Origin: Camelus dromedarius
Lineage: Eukaryota
Length of the DNA stretch: 64,000 nt
Direction: 5' to 3'
Assembly (NCBI RefSeq): GCF_036321535.1
Contig: NC_087437.1
Span: 83,144,001 to 83,208,000, forward strand
Shown piece by piece: positions 50,331 through 62,940 of this stretch. Numbering within the stretch: position 1 is the first letter of the stretch; the number at the start of each line of letters is the position of its first letter. The position numbers and the translations under genes are program-made. Under the pieces are notes generated by a model. The model was not told the DNA's origin, did not search any database, and worked only from the letters and a program-made list of their open reading frames with translations.

Positions 50331-50949
50331 GGAGTGTCTGTATACAGACTGTGTGTGCCCAGTGCGTTAGGTGGGAGAACTGGGCTTGACATGGATACCA
50401 GTGACGTCTTTCCTGACGGTGTCCTGGCAGCTATCACCTTGATGGGGGTGAGGCTGTAGCTGGAGAGTCTAGAGCTGGTGCTTGTTGTGAGGTGTTGGTG
50501 GTTGTCACCACTATGTTAGGGGCAGGGTCTAATTACAAGTTGCTGGAGCAGAAGCCCTGAGGATTGTGTTTGAGCTGGCTGCATTCCTTTTAAGTGTGTG
50601 TTTTCCCTCTCCCCACACCAGGTCCTTTGCTCTAGAGAAGCAGAGGACTAAAGCAGGTGGTTTCTGTACACAGTTCAGTGCACTGCCTGTATAGGAGTCT
50701 TTGACTCTGCTCAGACACAGCCTTAGATACGAATCCCCTTTGCCTCTTACAGCTGATCACTGCCTTCACCCTGTTCCCACTCTTTTTCTGGACCTCCTAG
50801 GGAGGCCCAGTATTGACTCTAGGGTATGTTTAGAGATTAGTTGTAGCAGGACAGTCACCATAAGAGATCTGGATGTCTTCTGAGGCACCACTTGAATAGC
50901 AGCCAACAATGGCCACCACTGCCCTATCCAGGCTCCACCCTGGAGGATA

Positions 50950-51230
50950 GTGGTGGTAAGTGAAGCTAGAACGGGAGTGAGGGGTCAGATATCACAGGGC
51001 CTTGTGGTCCAGGGTCAAGATTCTCAAGTGTATCCAAAGAGCAACAGGAAGACAGTAGGCATCCCCTCGAAACATTCAGGATCATCTAAGACACTATTAT
51101 CCTCACTGCCCATATCCACTTTGTTATCAAGCTGTTATCAAGTCCCATGGATTCTTCCTTTATAACATCTCTCATGTCAGTTCCTTCTACTAGGCTCGTT
51201 CAGGACTGGATCCCATGATTCTCAGCTCCT
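50950..51230. mobile_element. LINE-2 fragments
   Basis: GGGTCAGATATCACAGGGCCTTGTGG (L2 antisense-like) followed by CAAGTCCCATGGATTCTTCCTTTATAAC (L2 sense-like). Confidence 0.5.
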
Positions 51231-51449
51231 ATGTTTCAGGCTCTGCACAAGTGGGACACAAACTTGAGATCAATTAGATCAATTTTGATCAAATTATTTC
51301 CCATATTTTGATTAATAGGTAAAATTTTATTTTTCTGTAACTGACAGTATATACTGAGATGGTACTGTCTGTCAAATGGCATAATCATTGAGTGGGTCCT
51401 GAGAAGTGTAGAGCAGGGTGTTGCTTGCAGTAAACAGGTGGTCAGAAGT

Positions 51450-52500
51450 ACACCATAACACTGAGCTGGTCCCACAGGAAAATGTGGAAATTTTGTCTTA
51501 TGGATACATAAGAGAGCTTGTTCAAACCAGTGAACAGTTCTTTTAACATAGAAACACTGTATGAAGGGGAGCCAAGACAAGCTTTCATTAATAGTGGATA
51601 CTTTTGCAGACACTATGAAACTTTATTATACTAGAGTAGTAACTTTATTATAAATACTGCTGTCTTGTTTAATGCTTGTGTCTTTTCATTTTTTAGAGCA
51701 TACTACTAAAATTACTTATGTCTGTGTATGATTTGGTTAATTATAACTGTAACTAGTTAGCTGGGGGAGATTTGCGTGAATTAATAATATCCAGTGAAAT
51801 GTGTAGTAAACCTGACTGTCCTCACTGGAGACTTTATTAAAAGTTTGGCCCTTAGAGACTGGGAGTTGGATAAGTTACACAGTTGCAAATAAGTTTTGTT
51901 TCATTTGCAAACAATGCACAATGGACATTATTAGGAAACCAATAGGGATTTCTGGTAAAGGGGTGTCAGAATGAGAAACAGTTTGTATTGAGGCAGCCCT
52001 TTGGGCCAGAGACATCCTTAGCAAGGAGGGCTAAGACGATCCTTCAAGAATCACACTTTCATTATGTGAAACAAAGAGCCCTAGAAAATCTCTCCAGCAA
52101 GCTGATAACCAATTCTTATTATTAAGGAAATGACAACAATCCAATCTCAGGCAAATTACTCTAGTTCCTGGTCCCTAGATAGTCTGTATCAAAGGTTTGT
52201 TTCATAAAGGACCTCTACACTCTTGTCTTCAGCTTTAAAATGGTACCTTGAATTGCTATTGGCCTGAATTCCCAGCACCATCAAACCACAGTAATTTAGT
52301 CAATAAATATTTCTTGCCCTCCTTCTCTTGTAAAATGTGAGGCCTTCCAACTACAAAAGCACTTAGTAACAATAACAATGGCTGCTTTGATTGAGAACAG
52401 AAGCCTTATACAAATATAACTTAGTACCAACAACAAAACCTCAAAAGACAAAAGTTTCATCTTCAAGGAGGTATTAATGATTTTTAGCGAATATGACTTC
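51450..52500. promoter_or_regulatory. candidate olfactory receptor cluster enhancer (Greek-island-like)
   Basis: Composite O/E plus homeodomain site TCACTGGAGACTTTATTAAAAGTT at 51822-51845; further O/E-like sites at 51470-51479 and 51849-51858; TAATGA sites; no recognisable repeats. Confidence 0.5.
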
Positions 52501-52599
52501 TTTATCCAAGAGAATCTTAAGTATTTTCTAATCTGGAGCTGAAAAAAAAGAAGCATCTTTAAGTTGTTTCATTTTGGTGCCCTATATCAGAATCTCATT

Positions 52600-52750
52600 T
52601 ATATTAATATTATATACATATCAATATTTTGATATATTTGTATAATTGATATAAATATCAAGTTATTTATATTAAACATAAATATCAGTTATTGATATTA
52701 TAAATTTATATTGATATATATATATATCAAGTTATTTATATTTATAATCT
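52600..52750. repeat. AT-rich low-complexity tract with a palindrome
   Basis: Duplicated ATATCAAGTTATTTATATT; perfect 20-bp palindrome TTGATATATATATATATCAA at 52711-52730. Confidence 0.8.
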
Positions 52751-54009
52751 TGACGATTAAGATAGCGGTGCAGCTTGAGTTGAAGGAAAGAAAAGGAATT
52801 GCCATTTGGTACTTTTTTGGAAAATCATAATTTTTTTCTTCAAGTTTTTGTTTTTACTTTGCTCCCTGTTAGTGTGAATGGATTCTTCTTGACTTCCTTC
52901 CTCAATTACCAGGGGCCTTTCAGCTATCAGAATCTGAGTTCACCATTGAAGTTTGATGTATTTTAAAAAATTAAGATATAATGCACATGTAATATATATA
53001 TTTGTCTTATGTGTGCAGTCCAATGCATTTTTACCTGTTAATATACTCATCTAATGTAATCACCACTAGATCAAGCTCGGTGTCATTTCATTTCTCCTTA
53101 AGTGAGTGACACACACTCTGGAGTAGCCTCTACAGTATTTCCCTTCATTGTGTAGCTCCCTTTCTTCTACCTCACTCTCTTTTCCATTTTCCTTACTCCA
53201 GTCTGTGTCTATCCCTATTGCTGTCTGCTTCCTCATCTTCTCCAGATCTGTTTACTTAGAGCAGCTCTCTCTGGTTCCATTCTCCCCTTGGTTCTCCTAT
53301 CTGGTCTCCCTTCCACTTGTGTAAGTGTATGTGCAGGTTCCTGGGCTCATTATAGCTGGTTGCTCAACCTCATCACTCTCTATTCTGGGTTCCTGCTGGG
53401 GCTCTGAATCAGCCCATAATCAGAGCACTTCCAGGGAGGGTGAAGTGAGATTACTATGATTGGTCCCTTCAAGCCCTAGTGTTTGGGAGAAACAGGCTGG
53501 CTTTTCTCTTTTAGTAAATGAGCAATACACTGACTCCATCACTGACTTAAGGTGGCTTTCCAACCTGAGGAGTAGATTCTGCATCAAGCCAACCTGACTT
53601 GGACATGTCAATCTGACACAGGCATTAAAAACAGTAAGTGAAGGTAACTTTTACGGCAGAAAAGAATGCCAATGTCCACCAGTTCTTTATAAATTTACAT
53701 TCATTAGAATGAAAAGTTATTACTATAAAATGATTACTTTCATACATACTCATAGAAAAAAATGAAACGAAGACATAAAATCAGAAATGTATAAAAGGAA
53801 GCTAAAATTTAAAGAAATAGACACCCTTGGTGGCTACGTGAAGTTACTACTGTCATTTTAAATATATTCTTTCAGAATGTTTCTCATATTCCTTTAAGAA
53901 AGTGAGATCATATTGGAAAGAGCATTTTAACTTAAAAATATTAAGCTGAAATATCTCCCTATCCATAAGCAAAAATATACATCAAAATTAAATGCCTGGG
54001 ATGAGAAAC

Positions 54010-54528
54010 ACCTGGGTGCTCCTCCTCTCGGACTCGTTTGTGAGCAGTCTGGCCAATGCAACCTATGAAGCAAATCCTAATCTTGACTGAAGCCTGACGG
54101 AAGCCTCCCCCAGCGCCCAGGTCAGAGTCACAACGCAGAAGCACCTCACTCCAGGAGCCCCGCCAGGTGTGGGGCACTGACGACTGCGCTCCTGGCAGAA
54201 AGACAGCAGGCGCGCGACCGCCCGAGGCCAGCACGGGGGAGTGAAGTGCGCATGCGCAGGGGACCCGTGGTCTGTCTGCTTCCCGAGGCGGAGGCGGCAG
54301 GCCCCAGGCGGCTGTGCCAGCTTCTGAGTGGGCACTGGGGCACCGCTCCGAGGTCGGCCAAGGTCCCAGGCCACAGCTACCCAAGCACCCTGTTGCAGTG
54401 CATACTCTCAGGGCCAGTTCCTCCTGGCATCAGGGAAGTGTCTGGAATTCATTTTAGGAGGCGGCCGCTGCCGGTTCCCGGAGCCTTTCCCCTGAGGAAC
54501 AGCCTCAGGTACATGCATAGTGGTAAGT
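54010..54528 (+). promoter_or_regulatory. small CpG island / promoter with NRF1 site and first-exon splice donor
   Basis: GC- and CpG-rich ~500 bp; perfect TGCGCATGCGCA at 54247-54258; ETS-like CGGAAG at ~54098; donor TG|GTAAGT (GT at 54523). Confidence 0.7.
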
Positions 54529-54559
54529 ACCTTTTTTTCTTCCTTTTTTTTTTTTTTTT

Positions 54560-55990
54560 TGCTGTCTTTTTGAGATATAATTGACATACGTCACTGTGTC
54601 AGTTTAAGTGGTACAATGTAATGATTTGATACAGGTATATATTGTGAAGTGATTGTGATTGCGACATGACTTTAATTACCTACCTTCCATAATTACCCTT
54701 TTTTGGGTGTGTGGTGTGAACTTTCAGTATTTACTCTTTCAGCAGATTTCAAGTGTATAAAACAGTATTGTCAACTATAACTATAGTTGTATTGTCATAA
54801 CTGGGAGTTTTTACCGTTTGACCAACATCGCGCCATTTCCCCGGTCCTCAGCCCTTGACTACCACCATCCTACTCTGTGTCTATAAGTTGGTTTTTTTTT
54901 TAAGATTTAGCATGTCCTCAAAGTTCATCCATATTGTTTCAAATGGCAGGATTTCGTTCTTTTTATGGCTGAATAAGATTCCATTGTGTGTGCGTGCATC
55001 ACATGCTCTACATCTGTTCATTCCACCACGGACAGTTAGGTTGTTTTTTGTTTTGACTATTGTGAATAATGCTGTAGTGAACTTGCGGGTGCAGGTTTCT
55101 CTTCAAGATAATAATTTCATTTTCTTAGGATGTATAACCAGAAATGAGATTGCTGGATTATATGGTAGTCCTGTTTTAACTTTTGGAAAACCTTCATGCT
55201 GTATTTTAGTGACTGTACCAATTTACGTTCCTACCAATAGTACATGAGGGTTCCTTTTTCTTCAGATCATTGCAAACACTCATCTCTTGTCTCCTTGATG
55301 ATAGCTCTTATAACAGATGTGAGATGATATTTCAGTACGGTTTTGATTTGTATTTCCTTGATGATTAGTAATGTTGAGCTTTTTTCTTCCACCTTATATA
55401 TATATCTTCTTTGGAAAAGTGTCTATTAATGTTCTCTGCTCACTTTAAATAGAATTATTATTATTATTCTATTGAGTTTCTTATATATTTTGGATATTAA
55501 CCCCTTTTCAAATACATGTATTGTCAATATTTTCTCTCATTCCTTAGGTTGCGTTTTCATTTTGGTAATGGTTTCCTCTGCTGTGCAGAGTATTTTTAGT
55601 TTGATGTAGTCCCACTTGTTTATTTTCGCTTTTTTTTTTTTTTTAACTTTTGCTCGGGTGTCAAATCCAAAAAAAAATCATTGCCAAGACCAATGTCAAG
55701 AGGCTTTTCCCCTATGTTTTCTTCTGTGAGTTTTATGGACTTACATTTAAGTATTCAGTCCATTTTGAGATTATTTTTGTGAGTGGTGTAAGATCAATGT
55801 CCAATTTCATTCTCTTGCATGTGAATATCCAATTTTCCCACCACCATTTATGGAGAGACTGTCTTTTTCCTGTTGTGTATTCTTGGTGCCCTTGTTAAAG
55901 ATTAGTTGACCTTGTATGTGTGGATTTATTTCTGAACTCTCCATTCTGTTCCATTGATGTATGTGTCTGTTTTCATGCCAGTATCATAGT
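54560..55990 (-). mobile_element. LINE-1 3' end (L1MA-like)
   Basis: Poly-T, antisense 3'UTR and late ORF2. Confidence 0.85.
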
Positions 55991-58869
55991 GATTTTTTCC
56001 AGTTTTATTGAGATGTATTGACATACAGAACTGTATGTTTCAGGTATACAACATAATGATTTAACTTACATACATTATGAAATGATTATCACAATAAGTT
56101 GAGTGAACATACATCATCTCATACAAATACAAAATTAAAGAAATGGAAATTTTTTTTCTTTGATGAGAACTCTTAGGATTTACTCTCTTAACAGCTTTCA
56201 TATAAAATATATATAAAGTGATATTAATTATACTTATCATGTGTTAATTATATTTATCATGTTGTACATTACATCCTTAGTACTTATTTGTATTATAACT
56301 GGGAGTTGGCACCTTTCGACTACCATCATCCAATTCCTCCTCCCCTTCTCACCGTGTGCCTCTGATGACCACAAATATGATCTTTCTATGAGTTTGCATG
56401 TTTGTTTTTGAAGTGAAATTGACCTACGACACTATAGTAGTTCCTGGTTCATGACACAGTGATTTAATATTTCTGTATGTTTCAAAATAATCACCACTGG
56501 AAGTATATATGTCACTATATGAAGATATTACATAGATACTGACTATGTTCCCCACACTGTACTTTGGATACCTGTGACTCAGTTATTTTGAAACTGTAAC
56601 TTTGTACTGCTTAATCTCCCTCACCTATTTCTTTCCTCCCTGCACGCTCTTCCCCTCTGGCAGCCAGCTGTTTGTTCTCTGTTTTGTTTCTATTTTGTTA
56701 CGGTTGTTCATGTGTTGTATTTTTTATATTCCACATGTAAGTGAAATCATACAGCATTTGCCTTTCTCTGACTTGTTTCATTAAGCATAATACCCTATAG
56801 GTCCTTCCATGTTGTCACAAATGGCAAGATTTCAATCATTTTTAATGGCTAAGTATTTTTCTCTTGAATATGTGTACCACATCTTTTCAATCACTCATCT
56901 ATTAATGGGCACTTAAGTTGCTTCTGTATATTGACTATTGTAAATAATGCTGCAATCAACATAGGAGTGCATATATCTTTTCTAATTAATGTTTTTGTTT
57001 TCCTTGGATAAATGCCAAGGAGTGGAATTTCTGGATTATATGGTAGGTAGTTCTGTCTTTAATTTTTTTAGGAGTCTCCACTCTGTTTTCCATAGTGGCT
57101 GCACCGGTTCATATGCTACCAACAGTTTAGGAAGGTTCCTTTTTCTCCACATCCTCGCCAATGCTCATTTTTTTTTCTTTTGGATGATAGCCAAGTGTGA
57201 GATGATATCTTACTGTGGTTTTGATTTGCATTTTCCTGATAATTAGTGATGTTGAGCATTTTTCACATGCCTGTTGGTCATTTGTATATCTTTCTTGGAA
57301 AAATGTCTGTTCATATTCTCTGCCTATTTTAAAATCAGGTTGCTTGTTTTTGTTGTTGTTGTTTTTGATGTTGTGTTGTATGAGCTCTTGCATGTTTTGG
57401 GTATTAACCCCTTAGCAGATGTATTATTTGAGAATATATTCTCCCATTCTGTAGGCTGCCATTTCATTTTATTGATAGTTTCCTTTACTGTGCAAAAGCT
57501 TTCTAGTCTGATATAGTCCCATTTGTTTATTTTTGCTTATGTTTCCCTTGCCTGAGATAATATACCCAAGAGATATTACTAAGACCAATGTAAAAGAACA
57601 TACTGCCTATGTTTCCTTCTAAAAGTTTTATGGTTTCATTTTGAATTAATTTTTGTGCATAGTGTGAGAGAGTAGTCCAGTTTGATTCTTTTGCATGTTG
57701 CAGTCCAATTTTCCAGCACCGTTTATTGAAGAGGCTGTCTTTTTCCTATTATGTATTCTTGTCTCCTTTGTTGTAGATTAATTGTACATGTAAGTGTGAA
57801 TTCATTTCTGGTCTCTCTATTCTATTCCATTGATTTGTGTGTCTTTTTTTGTGCCAAGACCATGTTATATTGATGACTGTAGCTTTCTAATAGTCTGAAG
57901 TCAGGAAGTGTGATAACCTTCAGCTTTGTTCTTTCTCAAGATTGTTTTAGTTATTCAGGGTCTTTTGGGTTTCCCATCAAATTTTAGAATTTTTTTTTCT
58001 AGTTCTGTGAGAAATGCCCTTGGTTATTTGATAGAGATTTCATTGAATCTGTATTTTGCCTTGGATAGTATTATCTTTTTAACAAGTTCTTCCAGTTGAT
58101 AAACACAGTGTATCTTTCCATCTGTGTCATGTTCATTTTCTTTCATCAGTGTCTCAAAATTTTCTGAGAACAAGGTTTTTACTTCCCATGCTGATATTTA
58201 ATCCTACGTATTTTATTCTTTTTGATGTGATTGTAAATGGGATTTATTTCTTGCTTTCTCTTTCTAATAATTTGTAGTTAGTGTGCAGAAATGCAACAGA
58301 TTTCTGTATATTAATTTTGTGTCTTGCAATTTTGCTGAACTCATTGATGTGTTCTAGTAGTTTTTTGGTAATGTCTTGAGGATTTCCTGTGTATGCTTTC
58401 ATTTCATCTGCCAGCAGTGACAGTTTTCTTCTTCTTCCTTTCCAATTTGGATTCCTTTTATTTCTTTTTCTTGTCTAATTGTCATTACTGGGACTTCCAA
58501 TACTATGTTGAATAAAAGTGGCAAAAATGGGTATCCTTGTCTTTATCCTGATCTTAAGGAAATGCTTTCAGCTTTTCTCCATTGAGTGTGATGTTAGCTG
58601 TGGTCTTGTCATATATGGCCTTTATTATGTTGAGGTAAGTTGCCTCTATACCCATTTTTCTGAAGAGTTTTATGATAAATGTTGAATTTTCTAAAAAGTT
58701 TTTTCTGCATCTATTGAGATGATATGATTCTTTTTAAATTAATTAATGTAGTTTTTGATTGATTTGTGGATATTAAACCATCCTTTCATCCTTGGGATAA
58801 ATCCCACTTGATCATGGTATATGATTTTTTTTTAATGTACTGTTGAATTTGATATGTTAAAGTTTTTTA

Positions 58870-59344
58870 AAAAATTTCTTTTTTTATTCTTTTTTTTGTA
58901 TTGTAATTAGTTTACAATGTATCAATTTCTGGTGTACAGCAAAATGTTGCAGTTGTATATATACATACATATATTTATTTTCATATTTTTCATCATAGGT
59001 TGTTGTAAGATATTGAATATAGTTCCCTGTGCTATACAGTATAAACTTGTTGTTTCTATTTTATATATTGTAGTTACTATCTGCAAACCTCGAACTTCCA
59101 ATTTATCCCTTCCTACCCCTTCCCACCTTGGGAACCCTAAGTTTGTTTTCTATGTCTGAGTCTTTTTTCCATTTTGTAAGTAAGTTCACTTATGTCTTTT
59201 GTTTTTAGATTCCACATGTAAGTGATATTATGTGGTATTTTTCTTTCTCTTTCTGGCTTACTTCATTTAGAATGACAATGTCCAGTTCCATCCATATTGC
59301 AGCAAATGGCATTCTTTCATTATTTTTAATGGCTGAGTAGTATT

Positions 59345-59398
<54 letters not shown>

Positions 59399-62300
59399 CA
59401 TGCACAGATACACACCATGACTTCCTTATTCAGTCATCTGTCAATGGACATTTAGGTTGATTCTATGTCCTTGTTATTGTAAATAGTGCTGCTATGAATA
59501 CTGGGGGCGTGTATCTTTTCAAATTGGGTTTTCTCCAGATGTATACCCAGGAGTGGGATTACTGAATCAAAGGGTAAAGCTATTTTTAGATTTTAAGAAA
59601 TCTCCATAGTGTTTTCCATAATGGCTGTACCAAATTACATTCCCACCAACAGTGTAGGTGGGTTCCTGTTTTCTCCACATCCTCTCTAGAATTCATTGTG
59701 GACTTTTTAATTATGACCATTCTGCCTGGTGTGAGGTGATACCTCATTGTAGTTTTGATTTGCATTTCTCTGATAATTAGTGATGTTGAGCATCTTTTCA
59801 TGTGCCTATTGGCCATTTGTATGGCTTCATTGGAAAATTACTTGTTTGGGTTTCCTGCCCATTTTTGGACAGTTTTTTGTTATTAAGTTGTATAAACTTT
59901 TCGTATATTCTGGAGATTAAGCTCTTATCAGTCGCATCATTTGTAGATATTTTTTCCATTCCATAGGCCTTTTGTTTTGTTTATAGTCTCCTTTGCTGTG
60001 CCAAAGCTTATAAGTTTCATTAGGTCCCATTAGTTTATTTTTGCTTTTATTTCTATTGCATGGATAGACTGCCCCAGGAGAACATTGCTGAGATTTGTGT
60101 TAGAGAGTGTTTTGTCTATGTTTTCTTCCAGGAGATTTGTAGTGTCTTATGTTGAGGTCTTTAAAGCATTTTGAGTTTATTGTATGTTGTGAGGGAATGT
60201 TCTGATTTCATTGATTTATATGCATCCATCCAGCTTTCCCAACACGACTTGCTGAAGAGACTGTCTTTTCTCCATTGTATATTCTGGCCTCGTTTGTTGA
60301 AGATTAATTGACTAAACGTGTCTGGATTTATTTCTAAGCTCTCTGTTCTGTTCCATTGATCCACATGTCTCTCTTTGTGCCAGTACCATGCTTTTTGACT
60401 ACTGTAGCTCTTTAATATAGTCTGAAGTCCAGGAAGATTTTGGCTCCAGCTTTGTCTTTTTTCTTCAGTATTGCTTTGGCAATTCTGGATCTTTTGTGAT
60501 TCCATATAAATTTTAGGATTATTTGTTCTAGTTCTGTGAAAAATGTCCTGGGTAATTTGATAGGGATTGCATTAAATCTGTAGATTGCCTTGGGCTGTAT
60601 GACCATTTTAACAATATTGATTCTTCCAATCCAGGAACATGGGATATCTCTCCATTAAAAAAAAATTCTTCTTTAATTTCCTTAATCAGTGTTTTGTAGT
60701 TTTTCCATGTATAAGTCTTTCACCTCCTTGTTTAGGTTCCTTCCTAAGTATTGCATTTTGTTTTTTGATGCAATTTTAGAAAGGATTGTTTCTGTGCTTT
60801 CCTTTACTGATATTTCATTGTTAGTGTAAATAAATGCAACTGACTTCTGTTTGTTACTCTTGTATCCTGCTAGCTTGCTGAATTATTTTATCAGTTCTAG
60901 TAGGTTTTGTGTGGAGCTTTTGGGTTTTCTATGCATAGTATCATGTCATCTGCATATAGTGACAATTGTACCTCTTCTCTTCCGATTTGGATCCATCTTA
61001 TTTTTATTGTATGATTACTAAGATTAGGATTTCCAATACTATGTTGAATAGAAGTGCTGATAGTGGACATCGTTGTCTTGTTCCAGATTTTAGCAAGAAG
61101 GCTTTCAGCTTTTCACTGTTGAGTATTATGTTGACAGTGGGTTTGTCATAAATAGCTTTTATTATGTTGAGATATGTTCCCTCTATACCCACTTTGGTAA
61201 GAGTTTTTATTATAAGTGGGTGGTGAAGTTTATCAAATGCTTTTTCTACGTCTATTGAGATGATCATGTGATTTTTGTCCTTTCTTTTGTTGATGTGGTG
61301 TATCATATTGATTGATACATATGTTGAACCATTCTTGTGTCCCTGGTATGAATCCAACTTCATCATAGTGTGTGATCTTTTTTATGTGTTGTTGAATTCT
61401 GTTTGCTAATATTTTGTTGAGAATTGTTGAATCTATGTTCATCAGCAATATTGGCCTATAATTGTCCGGCTTGTTTCCATATAGTTGTTCATAGTATTCT
61501 CTTATGATTTCTTTGTATTTTTGTGGTGGTGTTTGTAATTTCTCCATTTTCTTTTTTTATTTTGTTTGTGTCCTCTCTCTTTTCTTCTTGGGTGAGCCTG
61601 GCCAGAGGTTTGTTGATTTTGTTTACTCTTTCAAAAAACCAGTTCTTGTTTTGATTGATTTTTTCTTATTGTTCTCAAAATTTCTGTTTCGTTTATTTCC
61701 TCTCTGATCTTTATTATTTCTTTCCTTCTGGTGACTTTGGATTTTGTTTGTTCTTCTTTTTCTATTTTTTTTTAGATGGTAGGCTTGGTTGTTTATTTGA
61801 GATTGTTATTTTTTGAGGAAGGCTTTTATCACTATGAACTTCCCTTGTAGTACTCTTTTACTGCATCCCATAGATTGTGTGTGGTTGTGTTTTCATTGTC
61901 ATTGGCCTCATGGTATTTTTAAATTTCGTCTTTGATTTCATCATAGATCCATTGGTTTTTTAGTAGCATGTTGTTTAGTCTCCATGCAGTCATTTTCTTC
62001 TTATTTTTCTTTCTGTGTTTTATTTTTAGTTTCATGCCATTGTGGTCAGAAAAGATGTTTGAAATAATTTCTGTCCTCTTAAGTTTGTTGAGAATTCTTT
62101 TGTGTCTGAGTATATGGTATATCCTAGAGAATGTTTCATGTGAAATTGAAAGGAATGTATATTCTGTTTTTTGGAGATGTAGTGTCCTAAAAATATAAAT
62201 TAAGTCTAACTGTTCCATTGTGCCATGTAGTGTCTCCATTGCCTTACTACTTTTCTGTCTGGAAGTCCTGTCCAGTGATGTTAGTGGGGTGTCAAAGTCT

Positions 62301-62940
62301 CTTACTATTATTGTATTCCCACTAATTTCTCTCTTTATATTTGTTAGTATTTGTTTTCTCTATTTGGGTACTTCTATATTGGGTGAATATATGTTAGCAA
62401 GTGTAGTAGCCTCTTCTTTTATTGTTGCTTTTATCATTATATTGTGTCCTTCTTTATCTTTCTGTATGGCCTTTGTTTTAAAGTCTATTTTGTCTTATAT
62501 GAGTATTGGTACCCCTGCTTTCTTGTCATTTCCATTTGCATGCTATATCTTTTTCTGTTCTCTCACTTTCAATCTATGTGTTCTTTCCCTAAAGTGGGTG
62601 TCTTGTATGCAGCATATTGTAGGGTCTTGCTTTATTATCCAGTCTGCCACTCTGTGTTGTTTGTTTGGAGAATTTAGTGCATTGACATTTATGGTTACTA
62701 TTGATAAATGTGTGTTTATTGCGATTTTATACTTTGTTTTCCAGCTGATTTTGTATTTCTTCTTTGTTCCTTTCTTTGTGTGTGTGATTTGATAATTTTC
62801 TTTTGTATTAGCTTTATTTCTTTTCTTTTTGGGCTTTGTGATTCTATTTTATGCTTTTGATTTGTGGTTACCTTGTTTTTTCAAATATGTTTACCCATTT
62901 ATATATCTCTTTGCTTTAGACTGGTAATCATATAGAGTCA
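58870..62940 (-). mobile_element. younger LINE-1 (3'UTR through ORF2 start) with an internal deletion
   Basis: Well-preserved ORF2 peptides ([48 protein letters not shown]); in-frame deletion joins LYGNKPDN to [10 protein letters not shown] at ~61465. Confidence 0.88.
59347..59395. repeat. (TG)n microsatellite
   Basis: About 24 TG units. Confidence 0.95.

Larger units (their letters stand above)
35085..50945 (-). mobile_element. LINE-1 (3'UTR-ORF2 35085-39566; ORF1-5'UTR 48550-50945) split by the provirus and two younger L1 tails
   Basis: Colinear antisense L1 resumes after the 3' LTR; ORF1 peptide (LKKQTDTHVQEAQK...RPTPSLIIIKMAK); 5'UTR similar to 24.3-24.8 kb. Confidence 0.85.

Noticed and set aside
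52695..52735. AT palindromes as a MITE or functional cruciform
   Set aside because: Explained by (AT)n slippage; no TIR or TSD structure.
53959..54584. ORFs of 71-141 aa across the CpG island
   Set aside because: Expected in GC-rich DNA; no domain or coding signature.
62220..62792. 190-aa hydrophobic ORF and similar F/L/I-rich ORFs throughout
   Set aside because: These are antisense shadows of A-rich L1 ORF2, not membrane proteins.
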